Below are positions 12,171 to 23,922 of a stretch of DNA of 64,000 bases, piece after piece; positions within the stretch are counted from its first letter, which is position 1, and every line of letters begins with the position of its first letter. Origin of the DNA: Catajapyx aquilonaris (taxonomy: Eukaryota); NCBI GenBank assembly GCA_000934665.2, contig KZ538429.1, forward strand, positions 1-64,000, given 5' to 3'. A program made the translations under genes and the position numbers. The notes under the pieces are model-generated. The model saw only the letters and a list, made by a program, of their open reading frames with translations, was not told the origin of the DNA and made no database searches.

Positions 12171-15100
12171 CAATAACAACAACAACAACAATAGTAATAA
12201 TAGACAGATTCACAATTGACTGCTTTGGGAGAAATGACCATCTCCAGCATATATTGCGTGAACCTTAACCCTAGAAGCTATTTAAAATGACTCTACATAT
12301 GAATATTCAGCTATTGACATTTTATGAGACAAGGCAATGTCCCAATATCAAGATTAATACATATCAATATCTATTTAAAATGATGCTGTTATCATTTCAT
12401 TTATTACCTCATCTAAAAATGACTATTTGGTCGTAAATTATCTAAAAACAAGTTACAACCAAAAAGCAACATTGTCACATGACAGCAGACATCGTTTGCT
12501 ACTACTTGAACAAGCAACATGTGCAATTAATCATTTTTCGAGTCATAGTATCATACACAGCAAGCCTATGTTCAGCATTTCACAATCAAGTCTATCTCTT
12601 TGTGTCCTGGTCACTCCCTAGGTTCTTGCTTGAAAATCTTATTTTGGAGGTAGCAAAACATGTGGAAGCTCACTTGATTTGGGACCTCAGCCATGGTCCT
12701 GACCATTTTTGAGGATACTCAAAGGACTTTCACTACAGCTGTTAGAGAAGGATGCATGCGAGTGCCTGACTGCACATGGCAACCCTTGTTCAAATGGTGT
12801 TGATTTATAGGAGATATTTTTAAAAACAGTTTTAGGGCCACTCATTCCTTACTTATGAGACAAAGAAATATATAGCATCTACTGAGAGTAATGTAGGCTA
12901 TAGTTTTTGTAGGCTTAAGAGTAACATTGCACAATGATTCAAAACAGGCCTGAGAAGAATTTATCTTTAATTTGCTCCCTTGAATTCAAAGCAATGATTC
13001 TCAATAGTTTTGACTGCAGCCCTTTTAGGAAGTCAAAGTACAGGGCGAAAAAGAATGCGTGGATTTTGAAACCCTATAACTTGAAAACCTGTAGACATAT
13101 CTAAATGATTTAAGTTTTGAAATGCTAAGAAAGGTTTAAAGTTTTGGTCTTGCTATATTTTGTTTCGATATGAGCTCCATTTGTCATTAGGAAAATGTCA
13201 ATATGGTGATCGGTGCCGTGCCTAACCAGCTCAAGACATGTAGGCATTAGGAAACTTCTCATTTAAGACTTCGCACACTGGGGGGCTGAACAAATGAAAC
13301 TTTCCCATCCGGCAGGTTTGTTTCATGGATGAGGTGACTTTTTATTTGCATCATCAAGAACAATGTGTATGGTGTAAAGACCCATCATCTCCAGCACCTA
13401 CGAGATAAGATCGCAACCGTATCTCCAGATATGATTGAGCGGTTTTGGCACGAGACCGAATATAGTCTTTTTTTATCTGCCGAATAAAAAATGAAGCTCA
13501 TATTGAAACAAACTAAGGTGAGACCAAACCTTTACACCTTTCTTAGCATTTCAAAACTTAAATCATTCAGATATGTCTACAAGTTTTCGAGTTATAAGGT
13601 TTCAAAATCTGTGTATTCTTCTTCGATCATCCTGTATTATGTAACTATTTAGGCCCCCATACTCCCATTAGTAAATTATCATTCACCAGTAAAACTCCAG
13701 TAAATAATTAAATTTTTGTTTCATTCAAAGCTCATTAGCTGGCAGCAGACTGAACTTCAGAGACTCACTAACTTACAAGATTTCTATTCATATTACAAGT
13801 ATAAATATTAACCTGTATTAGCCAGTGGTAATTGTTGTCCTTTCTTTGCTGAGAGTCTGGCTTTCGCTTTGCAACCCAGCTCTCATTATCAAGCAGTTTT
13901 GGCTTTGGGACTGCACTCAAGGCTTGGAAAGTATTTCGGGACATTTGCTGAGGGTTTTCAGGGTAGCGTTGGATTCCAGGAAGGGTAGTTGGTGGAGGTG
14001 GACGTTGTGGGGGTTCTGTTTGGGCCAATCTTCGAGGCTTGGTAGGTGGAAGGGGAGGGGGCGGATCTCGGGGTCGGAAGGCCTCCAGAGACTTTGGCTT
14101 CACTGACGGTTGGGGTGGTTCCTGCTTGGCAATTATCTGGAGTCGTTCCCGTTCCAGCTGTGCCTCCTTCTCACGGAGCCTACGCCGCTCCATTTCAAGC
14201 TGTTCCTGGAGAAACAAATGTGGTGCATGAGACATCTGAGTAGTATGGGAGGGATTATGACTATAAACATTGTGTTGGTCTATTTTTAAAGGGGGGGAGG
14301 GGGGGACCATTGCCACATAAAAGAAGTGGGTTTCAATTATTTGTTTAGCCAAGAAGTTTCTGTACACAACAGAAGAGCAACTAAACCCACAGCTATAGGC
14401 TTGCAGTACTCTGTTCTGATTGATCCCTTCCTGGAAGTTTCTATACAGGTTGCGAAAATTTAACGTACAGTCGCTTTGGGGATGGTAGAAGGGTTCTAGG
14501 CAATAGCTTTAAGTATATGTATCGTGGGTATCCGAAACATAGTTACCACGATAATGGACATCAAACACACAGTATAAAATATCCTGGCAGGTATGCGTCC
14601 CTCCACGTGACCTTACCTTTTTCATTTAAATTTTAGGTGTTATCATTGCAATTTAAATTTAAAGAGGATCCCATTAGGCATAGCAGGCAATGGACATGTC
14701 TTAGTCTGTATCAAAAACATACATGCTGGAATAATGGATTTTTTATTTAATTATAATTTTCTTGGCCACTATGCTTTGGCAACCCATGATTCCTATACTT
14801 AAAATGATCACCTAACACCCTTCTACCATCCCCCAAAGTGACTATACATTAAATTTCCACATCCTGTATATCCCCATTACCATGATTCATGAGCAAGTCA
14901 CAGGAAAATTTTTTTAACTCTGCCATATGAACAACATCATTCTTTGGAATTGGTGCAGAAGTTAACAACAAAAGTAATGCTCATACACATTGGTGTGAGA
15001 AGGCACACCAATTCATGCAATTGGCAGACAAAAAAACAGAAATGGCAAGAATTGGTCAATTCACCTTCACCAGTGACCCGTCACCAACTCCACCTTGTGC

Positions 15101-18100
15101 CTGAAATGAGAGCATATGTAACTTTGCCACCGTTATATCCCAAAGCAGCGAAACAAAAGTGAAAACAGCACTGCCCACACAATGTTTCAAAAAAACACAC
15201 CTCCTGCTGCCTCAGCATCTCCTCCTTTTCCCTCAGCCTCTTCTCTTCTTCATCTATGGCTTTTTTTTGCTCTATAACTTCACCATTATGAGCCTTGCTT
15301 GGGACAGTTTCAGGCAACTTCTCAACCTCTTTGCAGATGACTTCATCTGTTGTGACTTCATTCAATGTTTCGGAATTTTGATAGATGGATGTTTCCAAGG
15401 GGATATCAGTTGAGTTATCCTTGACCACTGCAGACTCTTCCTTGCGAGCCATTATTTCTGCGTCTCTCTGTTGCTTCTCTTCTGTGAGCTTGGCCTGAGC
15501 TTCTCTGATGTGCTTTCGCTCCTCCTCCAAAAGTGTTGTCAGGTCCACTGGCGGAGGAACCTGAGAAGCTGAAGTGAACAAACACATAAGCTTGTGTTAA
15601 AACACTTGACAATGAAACATCAACATGTCTATTTTGGCTTTCACAAAGGCTATGGAGATTCTAAACAATAAATCAATTGCTGCCTTGAAAATTTTACATG
15701 TTCTAAATCTAAACAATATTTTTGGTACTGGTACTTGTGTCAGGACCCTCACAAATATCACTGATGTCAGGGTGATTTTCCTAGCGTGACATAGTAATGC
15801 AAGTACAATATTACCCCACACGTTGTGACGTCCCAGTAAAAAGAAGATGCACATCTGGTGGATATACCAGCATGATGACATAAGCTGGGGGAATGCTGGT
15901 GAGAGCTAAGTTTTGTCTCCATTTTACAGGGAAAGAATATGTCAATTGAAAACTACAAATTCTTCAAAGAAATATACAGTATTTGGATAAATTAAACCCT
16001 GCCCACTCCATCCAACAGTCAGCAACCATTCTTGAGAACCCTACGTTATCAAGTGACAATTTTTGAGAAAATCCAACCTTCCTCCCACTCTCTTAGCAAG
16101 GATTAATTTTATTAATACCCATGAATTCACATTTATACTTGAGTTCTAACCTGAGTTTTTTTTCCTTCTGCACAAGGCTTATTGCAGACTTCAGCAGTGG
16201 TTAAAATTTAAACATTCAGTAGTTTTCAACTGCAAAAAAAATATGCCCCACTTTTTACCAGCTGATTGGTTCCCACAGTGTATACCGACTTTCAGGTTGA
16301 CCTTGTTTTATACTTCCATTAGAAAAACCCTTGCTTCACTCGCTTGTTTCTACGCCTGTGGCCTGTGATGGTGGCAGCCGTATTGTTAAGGGGGCGCAGT
16401 AGCAAAAAGACGATAAACCAGATGGCTCTGCAGCTCTTGCTGTTGAAGTCAGCCTAGCAAATGTTTGCACAACAATATAGGCATCTGTTGCCATCTCTCA
16501 AGCAATCCCGTCCTGTTTCCATCCCGCCTTCCCCCACTTCCTGCCCTACATTTGAACCTTATAGACTCGCTTTTAACCCTGTATCTCTCCCACAACAGTC
16601 CGCGCCCATGGCGATGACCACAAAAAACTTGTGTATGTATGCAGCATAGGAGGATTCGACATGTCTACGCTTCTGAAGCCACACAATACTCCTCTAAGGA
16701 AATGTTGCAATGCTGCTGTTATTACTAATTATAAATATCACTAAATTCTAAGTAATCAGCATTGTTTGCAAGCCTACCATGTTCAGCATATTTCCCTTCA
16801 GATTCATCTATTCCCAAAAAGTTGGACCTCTTTTTCCACAGTTCTTTACGCAGCTCTTTTGTAGAGTTGGCTGACTTCTTACTCTGCAAAGCAATAAGAC
16901 CATTATTTTCAGGTAGTAAGAGTTATGTGAATATGTGGGTAAACAACTGGGAGCAAAAGCAGAAAACTGTTAATACTGGCAGCCTCAAATTCATACCTGT
17001 GGTGACTCATCTTCAGGCAAGAAGTTTTCAACCGTCTCGTCGGTTTCTTCATCAGGGGGTGGAGGGGGGGGTTTTTCCGTGGGAGGTAGAGCGGCAGAGG
17101 GGGATCCCAAGGTAAAATCAAAGTTGCCCATAACCTCAGCATCACGTTCCAGCTCCAAGGGAGGAAGCTGCAGCCACACAGACATAGAAGGTATTATAAT
17201 GTATCAGGCCAGGGATGGAGGAATGCTAAGTACCATGAAACTTGCCTAATTGCAACTAGCTAGATTTCCACGAGTATTGCAAAACAAATTACATACATTT
17301 TCAAAGTTTGTGAAAATCACTCATTTCTAGTTGTACTTGGCAGGTATCAAACCAACAAAGCAGTTTTAAATTAAATAATAACATGGATCTTAGAAAATTT
17401 GTAATAATGTGGACGAAAGCGCTACAATGTTTTTAACCTTTTATGGCATGATGGGAGTCACTGAATTGCTCACAGGCTCTTCGAAGAAAATTACACAGCC
17501 ACGTCAGGAGCACTTAAAATCTACATGAATGTATTGAACATGCTGGAGTTAAAATAATCAGGCCTGCCTGGATCTGCTTCATATAATTGAATTAACCAAG
17601 TTTCACTGCATTTATCACATGTTAGCCCTGGTGTGACACAACAGGTTTTATGTCCACTGAAAACGGGACATCTACATTAGTCACCCCAACATGCTAGGCG
17701 GCTCTTGACAGGCGAAGGAAGTGCGATTTAGTACACAAGACACAAACACATTTGTTTAAGGAACAAGACTGAAATAAATTAGAAAATGCAGACTTACTCG
17801 TTGTGCATCTGGGAGAACTTCATGATTAATTGCTTCCACTACCTTGGCTTGAGGTTCTTCATTTTTTGCATGTGCCACACCTTCATCTTGGCCTGGTGAT
17901 GCAGCCACTTTACCACTTTCATCAGGCAAATATCCAGATTGCTGTTTATTCACTTCTGTGTCTTGTATTTTATCCAGTGGGTCTTCTACTGCATCTCCAT
18001 TTTTTGCTTTTATGTCATCCTTAACTTTTTCCACTTTCTCTACCTTCTCTGATTTTTTAACAGATCCTTCTCTGTTTACTGGAGTGATTTTTTTCACAGC

Positions 18101-21100
18101 TTGTACTTTTTTGACTTCCCTCGCTTTTTCTACAACCTTCACTTTTTCAACTTTTGGAGTTTCAGCTAATTTGAGCTCTGGTTCACTCTCAGTTGTTGCT
18201 TTTTCAGCATGCTTTTCTGTAGGCGGAATTGGTACTTTTTCTTCTAATTTGACCTCCGCTTCGTCCTTGGTCTCATCACCAATAGCTATGGACTGAAACA
18301 ATACAGAAAGCATTATGAAATGGAAACAACAGTACATAAACATGCCAATTAATGTACATAATAATAAAGCATAAACACTGTCACAACAAGAAATTGCAAA
18401 AGCCACATCTATGAGATGCAGGTTTTATTTCAGTTTGCAAAATTCAGTTACTAATTATGCTGAATTAGTTTTGTTAGTGTCCAGTCTGTTAGTAAATGAA
18501 GCATACTTTAGTCAAAAAACATTAATTGACACTTTTCTCCACTTTGAATTTTTTTAAAGAAGTAATTGCACTCTACTTCTCTTATACCATCAGATCAGAA
18601 TTCATCAGATTTCAGCTCACATCTGCATTGATGGAACGCCACATAAGCTCATACATCCTGTTGGCTGCTCCTGACTGCAAGAGAGAGGAGGTTTGCATGG
18701 GGAAAGTGCACCTCCATCTGTCCTGTCTGGCTGACCCTTGGCCAGTACCCTCAAGCACAGGAACACCACCTTGATGCAGAACAGAGTGAAATTTCCAGTG
18801 ATACACATGTGAGCTGAATTCTGATACAACAGTATAAACTCATGCCGACCACTGTTACAACATCCTTGAAAACCTCTCATGGCATGTCTGAAGTAGCAAA
18901 AATTATGTGACTATGTACAGGGCCAACAGGGAAGAATCACTTCTTATATAAATTCAGCTTACTGAATTGAATGGCTTTATTTATTTTAGTTGGCCCAGAG
19001 AGGGGGGCTGGGTCTTTAACACAAGGTACACGAGGTCTGTATTAGAATTCGAGTTCTGGTTTTGGTCCAGAAACATGGCTCCCAACCAATTACTTTGACG
19101 TACTCAACCTAAATCAGTGCGGCGATTTCAATTTCGAATATCCTGCCTCTTGGTAGGTGGTGCTGTCTGTCCTGATTAGGTTTTATTTGTTGTTATAATT
19201 TTTAAAAATGTGCATGAAGGTGGCCACTACCCATAGCAGGTGACCAATAGTTTTACTGCGAAGGTAGCCCCTGCCTCGGTGTAAACATGATGCCAATAGA
19301 ATATCTGCTTGGCCTGCACTTAGGCCTGAATCAAAGGGACACCTTTATGCTGCTCTGAACTTGTTTAGAGAAAACATGGCAGGGCCACTGTAATGCTACT
19401 GAATCCATCTTCCCTGCCCCACATTAGTATCACATAATTTTTGAATTACTTCTTTGTTCCAAGGTAATGGGAATGCTCGCACACAACTTCCATAATGGTG
19501 TCAGTCAATAAAAGCAATAAAAACAAGCGATGTAGTGTTGTTAATTATCATTTCCAAAACAACTGGCACAAGATTTCTCCACACCTGTTGCTCGCAGATG
19601 GCATAAAATGGCAGGGAAGACATGTCCTTTGTCACATGTACTTTCTCAAACACCTCAACAACAGTCCGCCGTTTTGTTTCCTCAACTTTGCTCCCCTTTG
19701 CCCTTAGTTTAACACTCACTTCTTCCTGTGCTGGTATGTGTACCTCCACATATGGTGTTGGATGGGGCCCCATCTTTTCCTGCCTCACTGCTGGCTCCAC
19801 TGCTTCCATACAAGGTGTAGATGGGACTCGCTTTACTGGGTTGGGAATGCTCTCTTCACTGCATAGGTTCACCATGCTTTGAGTACGTTCAAAGTTTTCA
19901 GTGCGCCGACCATGATGCCGCTTTCCAACTGACTTTCGCCTTGGGGATGTTTCAAGTTCTCCCAGGGATTCACTTGATGGAAGTTTGCGCCGCACTGTTG
20001 GAACGGGTGTCCCATTGGTGACCTTGCCTCTTGGTGGAACTGTTGGTTTGGTGCTCTCAAAGTTGCCAAGCTTCTCCCGGAATTGAGGGTCACGATCAAT
20101 TTTGGACACCGCTCGACTATTGCGATCAGAATTAATGGACTCTGGGCGATTGTTCGATTCTAAAAGAGCCAGTCTCTCACGTACTCCTGAAGACACATCC
20201 TCTGTTGATTTCATGGATTTTCCCTCAACTGGTCGATTGATTGACTCTAATGATGCCAACCTCTCACGAACTGCTGATGGCATATCTTCTGTTGACTTCC
20301 TTGGTTTTCTCTCATCAGATCTGCTGTTAGACTCCAGTGATGCCAACCTCTCACGAACTGCAGAAGAAACATCTTCTGTGGATTTCCTAGCTTTTCTTTC
20401 AGTGGCAGCTTTGTTTCCCATGTTCTCAAACAAATTTTTACGCTTCTCCACATCCACTTTGGCAGTTCCTGCCAACTTCTTCGATGGCGTTCCATTTTCT
20501 GCCTTGGGTGTCCCTGCTTTCTTGGGAGGGTCCACCTTTCGAGTTCCACTTTCATGTCCATTAGACAACTTCTTCACATGAGTTTCAGCATAGTCCACAT
20601 ACTTTTGTATGGCCTTCTCATAGGTATATTCTTCTGAGCTGTCATTACATCCATTTGCTTTTTCCTCCTCCTTATGGCCATTCTCCTTGACTGGGAGCTG
20701 AAAATGTGTGGTGGGGTTGTAAATAAATAAAGGATTGGTGCTTCAGTGAAACTCTGTTAATTCACAATGCTGCAAGATGTCCTTGCAATGAAAATTAACA
20801 AGGTTTTACTGGAAAATATAGTCATTTGCCAATGCATAAAAGCCACATAGGCAATACGCCTGTTAAGGGGGATCCAAAATTTTATGTCAGGATGTGCACT
20901 TTTTGGTATTTGGGGATGGGAATAAAATGGAGACATAGTAAAGCCATGTATGAGTATTTTGTACTCCTAGATTTGACGAAGGTATTGCACATTGTTATTT
21001 GACCTCTGGAAGCTCTTTGTGCATTGAAAAAGTCCCGTAAATAAAATGACAAAATCATTCAATATGTAATAAAATAATTAAGAAACAATAAAAAAATATC

Positions 21101-23293
21101 ACATTTGTGAACTACAAGTACTCACATCCGGCTGTGATATAGCTTCTGTACTACTGAGTGAATCCTGCTGCATGCTCTCATTAGTAGAACTCTGTCCACT
21201 TGAGCTGCCTAAACCCAGGTCACTCAGATCGTTCTCTTCGTCAGCATAGAGTGGAAGACTCACTTTTCGAGTTCTGAAACAAAAAATTGTTATGTTAGTT
21301 GTGTTGTTTAATGAACTTTGAATTTTTAGTGCATCTCTACACCTAGGAAGTTACTTAATTTAAAACCTCTCACCTGGCACCAAGCATTTCATTAAATGTT
21401 TTGCTCTTCTTCCTATTTCTTTCATGGTCCTCTTCCTCCAGCTTCTTCATCTCGGCCACTCGTTCGAATATGTGCTCTTGACGCTTCCTCCTGCTGCTCC
21501 TCCAATTGTCAAGGTTCTGTCCAGATAATAATGTAAGCATTAGCATTCTTGCATGTGCACCTGCATAGGTTAGTTTTGCCATAACACTTCCTTAAATATT
21601 TGCTAAAAACAGCTTATGCAAACATGAAATTCAATTTTTTAACAATCAAGTAGTTCTAAGCAAGGTTAGACAAAAGCCACTGGCACTGACCAGACTGATA
21701 AGTAATAGCTAATGTCACAAATTATTATTGGAACATCATCTGCATCCAGAGCAGCAATTACTTCACTCTTTTTGAAGCAGTTGGAAGCTCCATGAAGTTA
21801 ATGTTATAAGCCTTTTCACTGATTGGCACTGTTTTCTTTCTAACACTCCATGGTACTATCCCATTATACTGCATCAGTTTTTCTGAGTCATGTTATTGCT
21901 AATATTGTCAACATGTCTTTACACTGTGGTCATTAATGCCATTCACCCATTGCAATATTTCTTTAAAATCACACTATAATTCCAGCTGAAACAGATGAAT
22001 ACACCTGCCAATCTCCATTGGAACGGAACGAGGTTCTGCCATTGTGAAATGTCTCCTTAAAAGTCCTCAATTGGCATTAGGAGGATAATGTTGCATAAGT
22101 ATATTATTCTTACTTACTAAGAAGAATGGTGCGATTTTAAAATCATACGCAATAGCATTCTGCAACAAAAAAATCATTCTCTAAAAATGGCAATCATTCT
22201 CTTACCGACTGCCACTCTTCCTCCTCTTCCTTGACCACCTTCCTTTGCATCTTGACCTCTTCCACCTTCTTCAGTTGCTCTTGAGCCTCCTTGTACAGGG
22301 TGCAAGGCCCCACTTTGACAAATTGGAGTGGATTGGCCGCTGGTTTGGGCACCGCTGCCTTCGGAGGTCGGGTGGTGCAGATAAACTCAGCACTGTCTTG
22401 GGACACCTGAAGGGAGAGATACACGTGGGATGGTCACTGGTTCACCTTGCACTATCCCGTGTAGGCAAGTTACAAGTGTGCAAACTGCCACACATGGTCC
22501 GCATTCAATTTGCATGTACGTAAACAACTTAGTGACTCTTACTTCTATCAGTATTCTCCGTCCTGAGGTTTATCTTAATGCAGCCCACTCCGGATCACCC
22601 ACCACAATAACTGAGTGTGATGAGATGCTTAAAAAGATGTGCAGTTGCCATGCCATGTGAATGCTAATTTCTGAGGTACCTTCTGTCAAAATGCATGGCA
22701 TATGACAACTTCATATCTTGCTAAGCTTCATATTGCCTCAGTTATTGCAGTGGGCCACTAAGGTGGTGGGTGGTCTCTTCCTTAAGCCTCGGGACAAAAG
22801 ATTAAAGAACTACAGGTTGAGTCATTTCCGTGGTATTAGAAACTAGGGTATTACCAAAGAGCTATAAGCTCTTTGGGTATTACATAAGGCTATAAATCGC
22901 AAGAACACAAGTATCATATTTGTCAGTAGATTCCATAGTAATACGTATCATCCAGAAAGTCCCACATATGAACCAAAAAATTCGACAGTAACTCACCTGT
23001 CTGGAATGACCCCCTCCACCACTACTAGTGCTGGTGCTCTGGTCATCTAGGCTATCTGTGGAAGTGCTTAGGCGGTCCAGAGCACTGGTTTGGGACAGAG
23101 GTGGGCTGAAGGTGCGGCTGCTGGATGCAGAGGAAGAGTGAGGTGGGGAATCCGGCTCAGTGTATGGTCGGTCAAATGTGGCTGAGTAGCGCGTTGTCAC
23201 TGGCATCCTTCTCAGTAGCTTTTCTGCTTCTTCTTGGAGTTCCTCAAGTAGTCTTCTTAAGGCCTTCTCCTCCTCCTCCGGGTGAATTCGCAA
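8624..23293 (-). CDS. smash: LMO7/LIMCH1-family LIM-domain protein (smallish-like), about 1299 aa; complement join(22997..23293,22206..22406,21374..21516,21126..21273,19585..20697,17798..18292,16997..17167,15201..15560,13813..14205,11317..11872,8624..8646); N-terminus uncertain
   Basis: Eleven exons with GT..AG boundaries and consistent phases sum to 3900 nt. Features: EWQSNLDNWRSSRRKR (LMO7/LIMCH1 DUF4757-like), HWLIQEAE motif, SVSGRKKC..C-terminal LIM domain, and a terminal class I PDZ-binding motif FSRV. Confidence 0.88.
9058..9810. repeat. Pair of diverged ~185-bp repeats in inverted orientation (9058-9240 and 9624-9810)
   Basis: gtgctggaaattaatga / tcattaatttccagcac, ttcatgcagtacccctgcc / ggcaggggtactgcatgaa and gtcattgat / atcaatgac are collinear reverse complements. 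Confidence 0.8.
10065..10167. other. Assembly gap (103 N); a second 13-N gap lies at 10648-10660
   Basis: N runs flanked by poly-G/poly-C tracts. Confidence 0.95.
11317..11872 (-). CDS. smash/LMO7 exon with Gln/Pro repeats and the LIM domain
   Basis: CSHC..HIDCFKCCVC..HCHNC zinc ligands; acceptor atacag|GAA; donor G|gtgagg. Confidence 0.92.
12056..12126 (-). mobile_element. SINE 5' head fragment (related to the 59183 copy)
   Basis: Minus strand reads ..ggatggaaagggtcctgggttcaatcccat, with a B box. Confidence 0.5.
12128..12200. repeat. (AAT)n/(AAC)n microsatellite
   Basis: Directly visible. Confidence 0.9.
13041..13634. mobile_element. Tc1/mariner-superfamily non-autonomous element with ~145-bp inverted repeats
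   Basis: TA|caggg..cctg|TA ends; long arms (agacatatct..atttaagttttgaaatgctaagaaagg and its reverse complement); internal remnant IIKNNVY..LQHLRDKI..SPDMIERFW resembles a Tc1/maT transposase C-terminus. Confidence 0.85.
13813..14205 (-). CDS. smash/LMO7 exon: coiled coil, proline-rich region, HWLIQ motif
   Basis: Acceptor tttctccag|GAA; donor CAG|gttaat; 131 codons within ORF 13768..14367. Confidence 0.85.
14446..14866. mobile_element. Tc1/mariner-type MITE
   Basis: TA|caggttg..catcctg|TA; imperfect TIR of about 55 bp including ctttggggatggtagaaggg / cccttctaccatccccaaag. Confidence 0.8.
15201..15560 (-). CDS. smash/LMO7 exon (coiled coil)
   Basis: Acceptor cttctcag|GTT; donor GAG|gtgtgt; 120 codons. 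Confidence 0.85.
16997..17167 (-). CDS. smash/LMO7 exon (PPTEKPPPPPP)
   Basis: Acceptor ctgcag|CTT; donor CAG|gtatga; 57 codons. Confidence 0.8.
17798..18292 (-). CDS. smash/LMO7 exon (Glu/Lys/Val-rich, low complexity)
   Basis: Acceptor tgtttcag|TCC; donor CGA|gtaagt; 165 codons, symmetric phase 0. Confidence 0.8.
19585..20697 (-). CDS. smash/LMO7 large exon with three 29-aa repeats
   Basis: Acceptor cattttcag|CTC; donor CAG|gtgtgg; 371 open codons. Confidence 0.85.
21126..21273 (-). CDS. smash/LMO7 exon (TRKVSLPLYADEENDLSDLGLG..); not in the ORF track
   Basis: Acceptor ttgtttcag; donor GAT|gtgagt; phase 2 to 0 fits the neighbouring exons. Confidence 0.85.
21374..21516 (-). CDS. smash/LMO7 exon (NLDNWRSSRRKR..KSKTFNEM)
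   Basis: DUF4757-like conserved motif; acceptor ggacag|AAC; donor AG|gtgaga. Confidence 0.88.
22206..22406 (-). CDS. smash/LMO7 exon (NPLQFVKV..EEWQS)
   Basis: Acceptor ctcccttcag|GTG; donor TCG|gtaaga; 67 codons. Confidence 0.88.
22997..23293 (-). CDS. smash/LMO7 most 5' identifiable coding exon (5' boundary uncertain; exon may start at 23347)
   Basis: Open frame LRIHPEEEEKALRRLLEELQEEAEK..GGGHSRQ; donor CAG|gtgagt; in-frame TGA a few codons upstream. Confidence 0.65.
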
Positions 23294-23599
23294 CTGTCTA
23301 TGTTGCTCTCAGGACTTCTTCCATGTTCCATCCACCATGATCCCATGCTGATACTATGACAGATATATGCAATGAGTATGAGTAAACTATTCAAATTATT
23401 GTTTATGTTATGCATGTGATGCAAAATATAAACTTCATATGACACAACCCTGTTCAGTGTTCATACCAGCAGATACTTGCTGCAGTTCCAACTGGAATTA
23501 CATGCCTGCACCAGCAGGGTTACCTTTTACAATATGTTGCTTCAAAATTCTTCAGACACCCTCATTTTTCCTGTGCTACAATATTTAATAAATATTGTT

Positions 23600-23852
23600 G
23601 GGCGACACGGTGGCCGAATGGTTAGCGCCGCAGCCTTCCACCTCTAAGGTCCCGAGTTCGATCCCCGGGTCGGACGGAGGATACTTATGTGGATAGAGTT
23701 TCGATGGGTTCTCTCCGTGTTCGCGTGGGTTTTCTCGGGGTTCTCCCGTTTCCTCACACTATCAAAATCCATCACATTACAGGCAAATGATTTAAATCGG
23801 TTATTCAAGAGATGATCCCCTAAGAGGCCCAAGGGGCCTATCACGGGGTATC

Positions 23853-23883
<31 letters not shown>
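23600..23883 (+). mobile_element. tRNA-derived SINE with V-domain-like core and (TTA)n tail
   Basis: A box tggccgaatgg (23611-23621), B box agttcgatcc (23655-23664), 12-bp TSD ataaatattgtt at 23588-23599 and 23884-23895. Confidence 0.85.
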
Positions 23884-23886
<3 letters not shown>

Positions 23887-23922
23887 AATATTGTTAGCTT
23901 GCATAAGCAAAAAGATGAGGCG

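Noticed and set aside
11985..12213. Poly-Leu/Ile/Asn ORFs here and at 47275-47877, 54384-54638 and 59430-59627
   Set aside because: Translations of (AAT)n microsatellites
18621..18820. GC-richer intronic segment with a minus-strand gtgagc donor, a possible cassette exon
   Set aside because: Candidate acceptors give 149, 193 or 200 nt; none preserves the phase 0-0 frame and no recognisable motif is encoded
20102..20581. Plus-strand ORFs antisense to smash/LMO7 exons (also 17958-18296 and 13825-14106)
   Set aside because: Shadow ORFs of the real minus-strand coding exons
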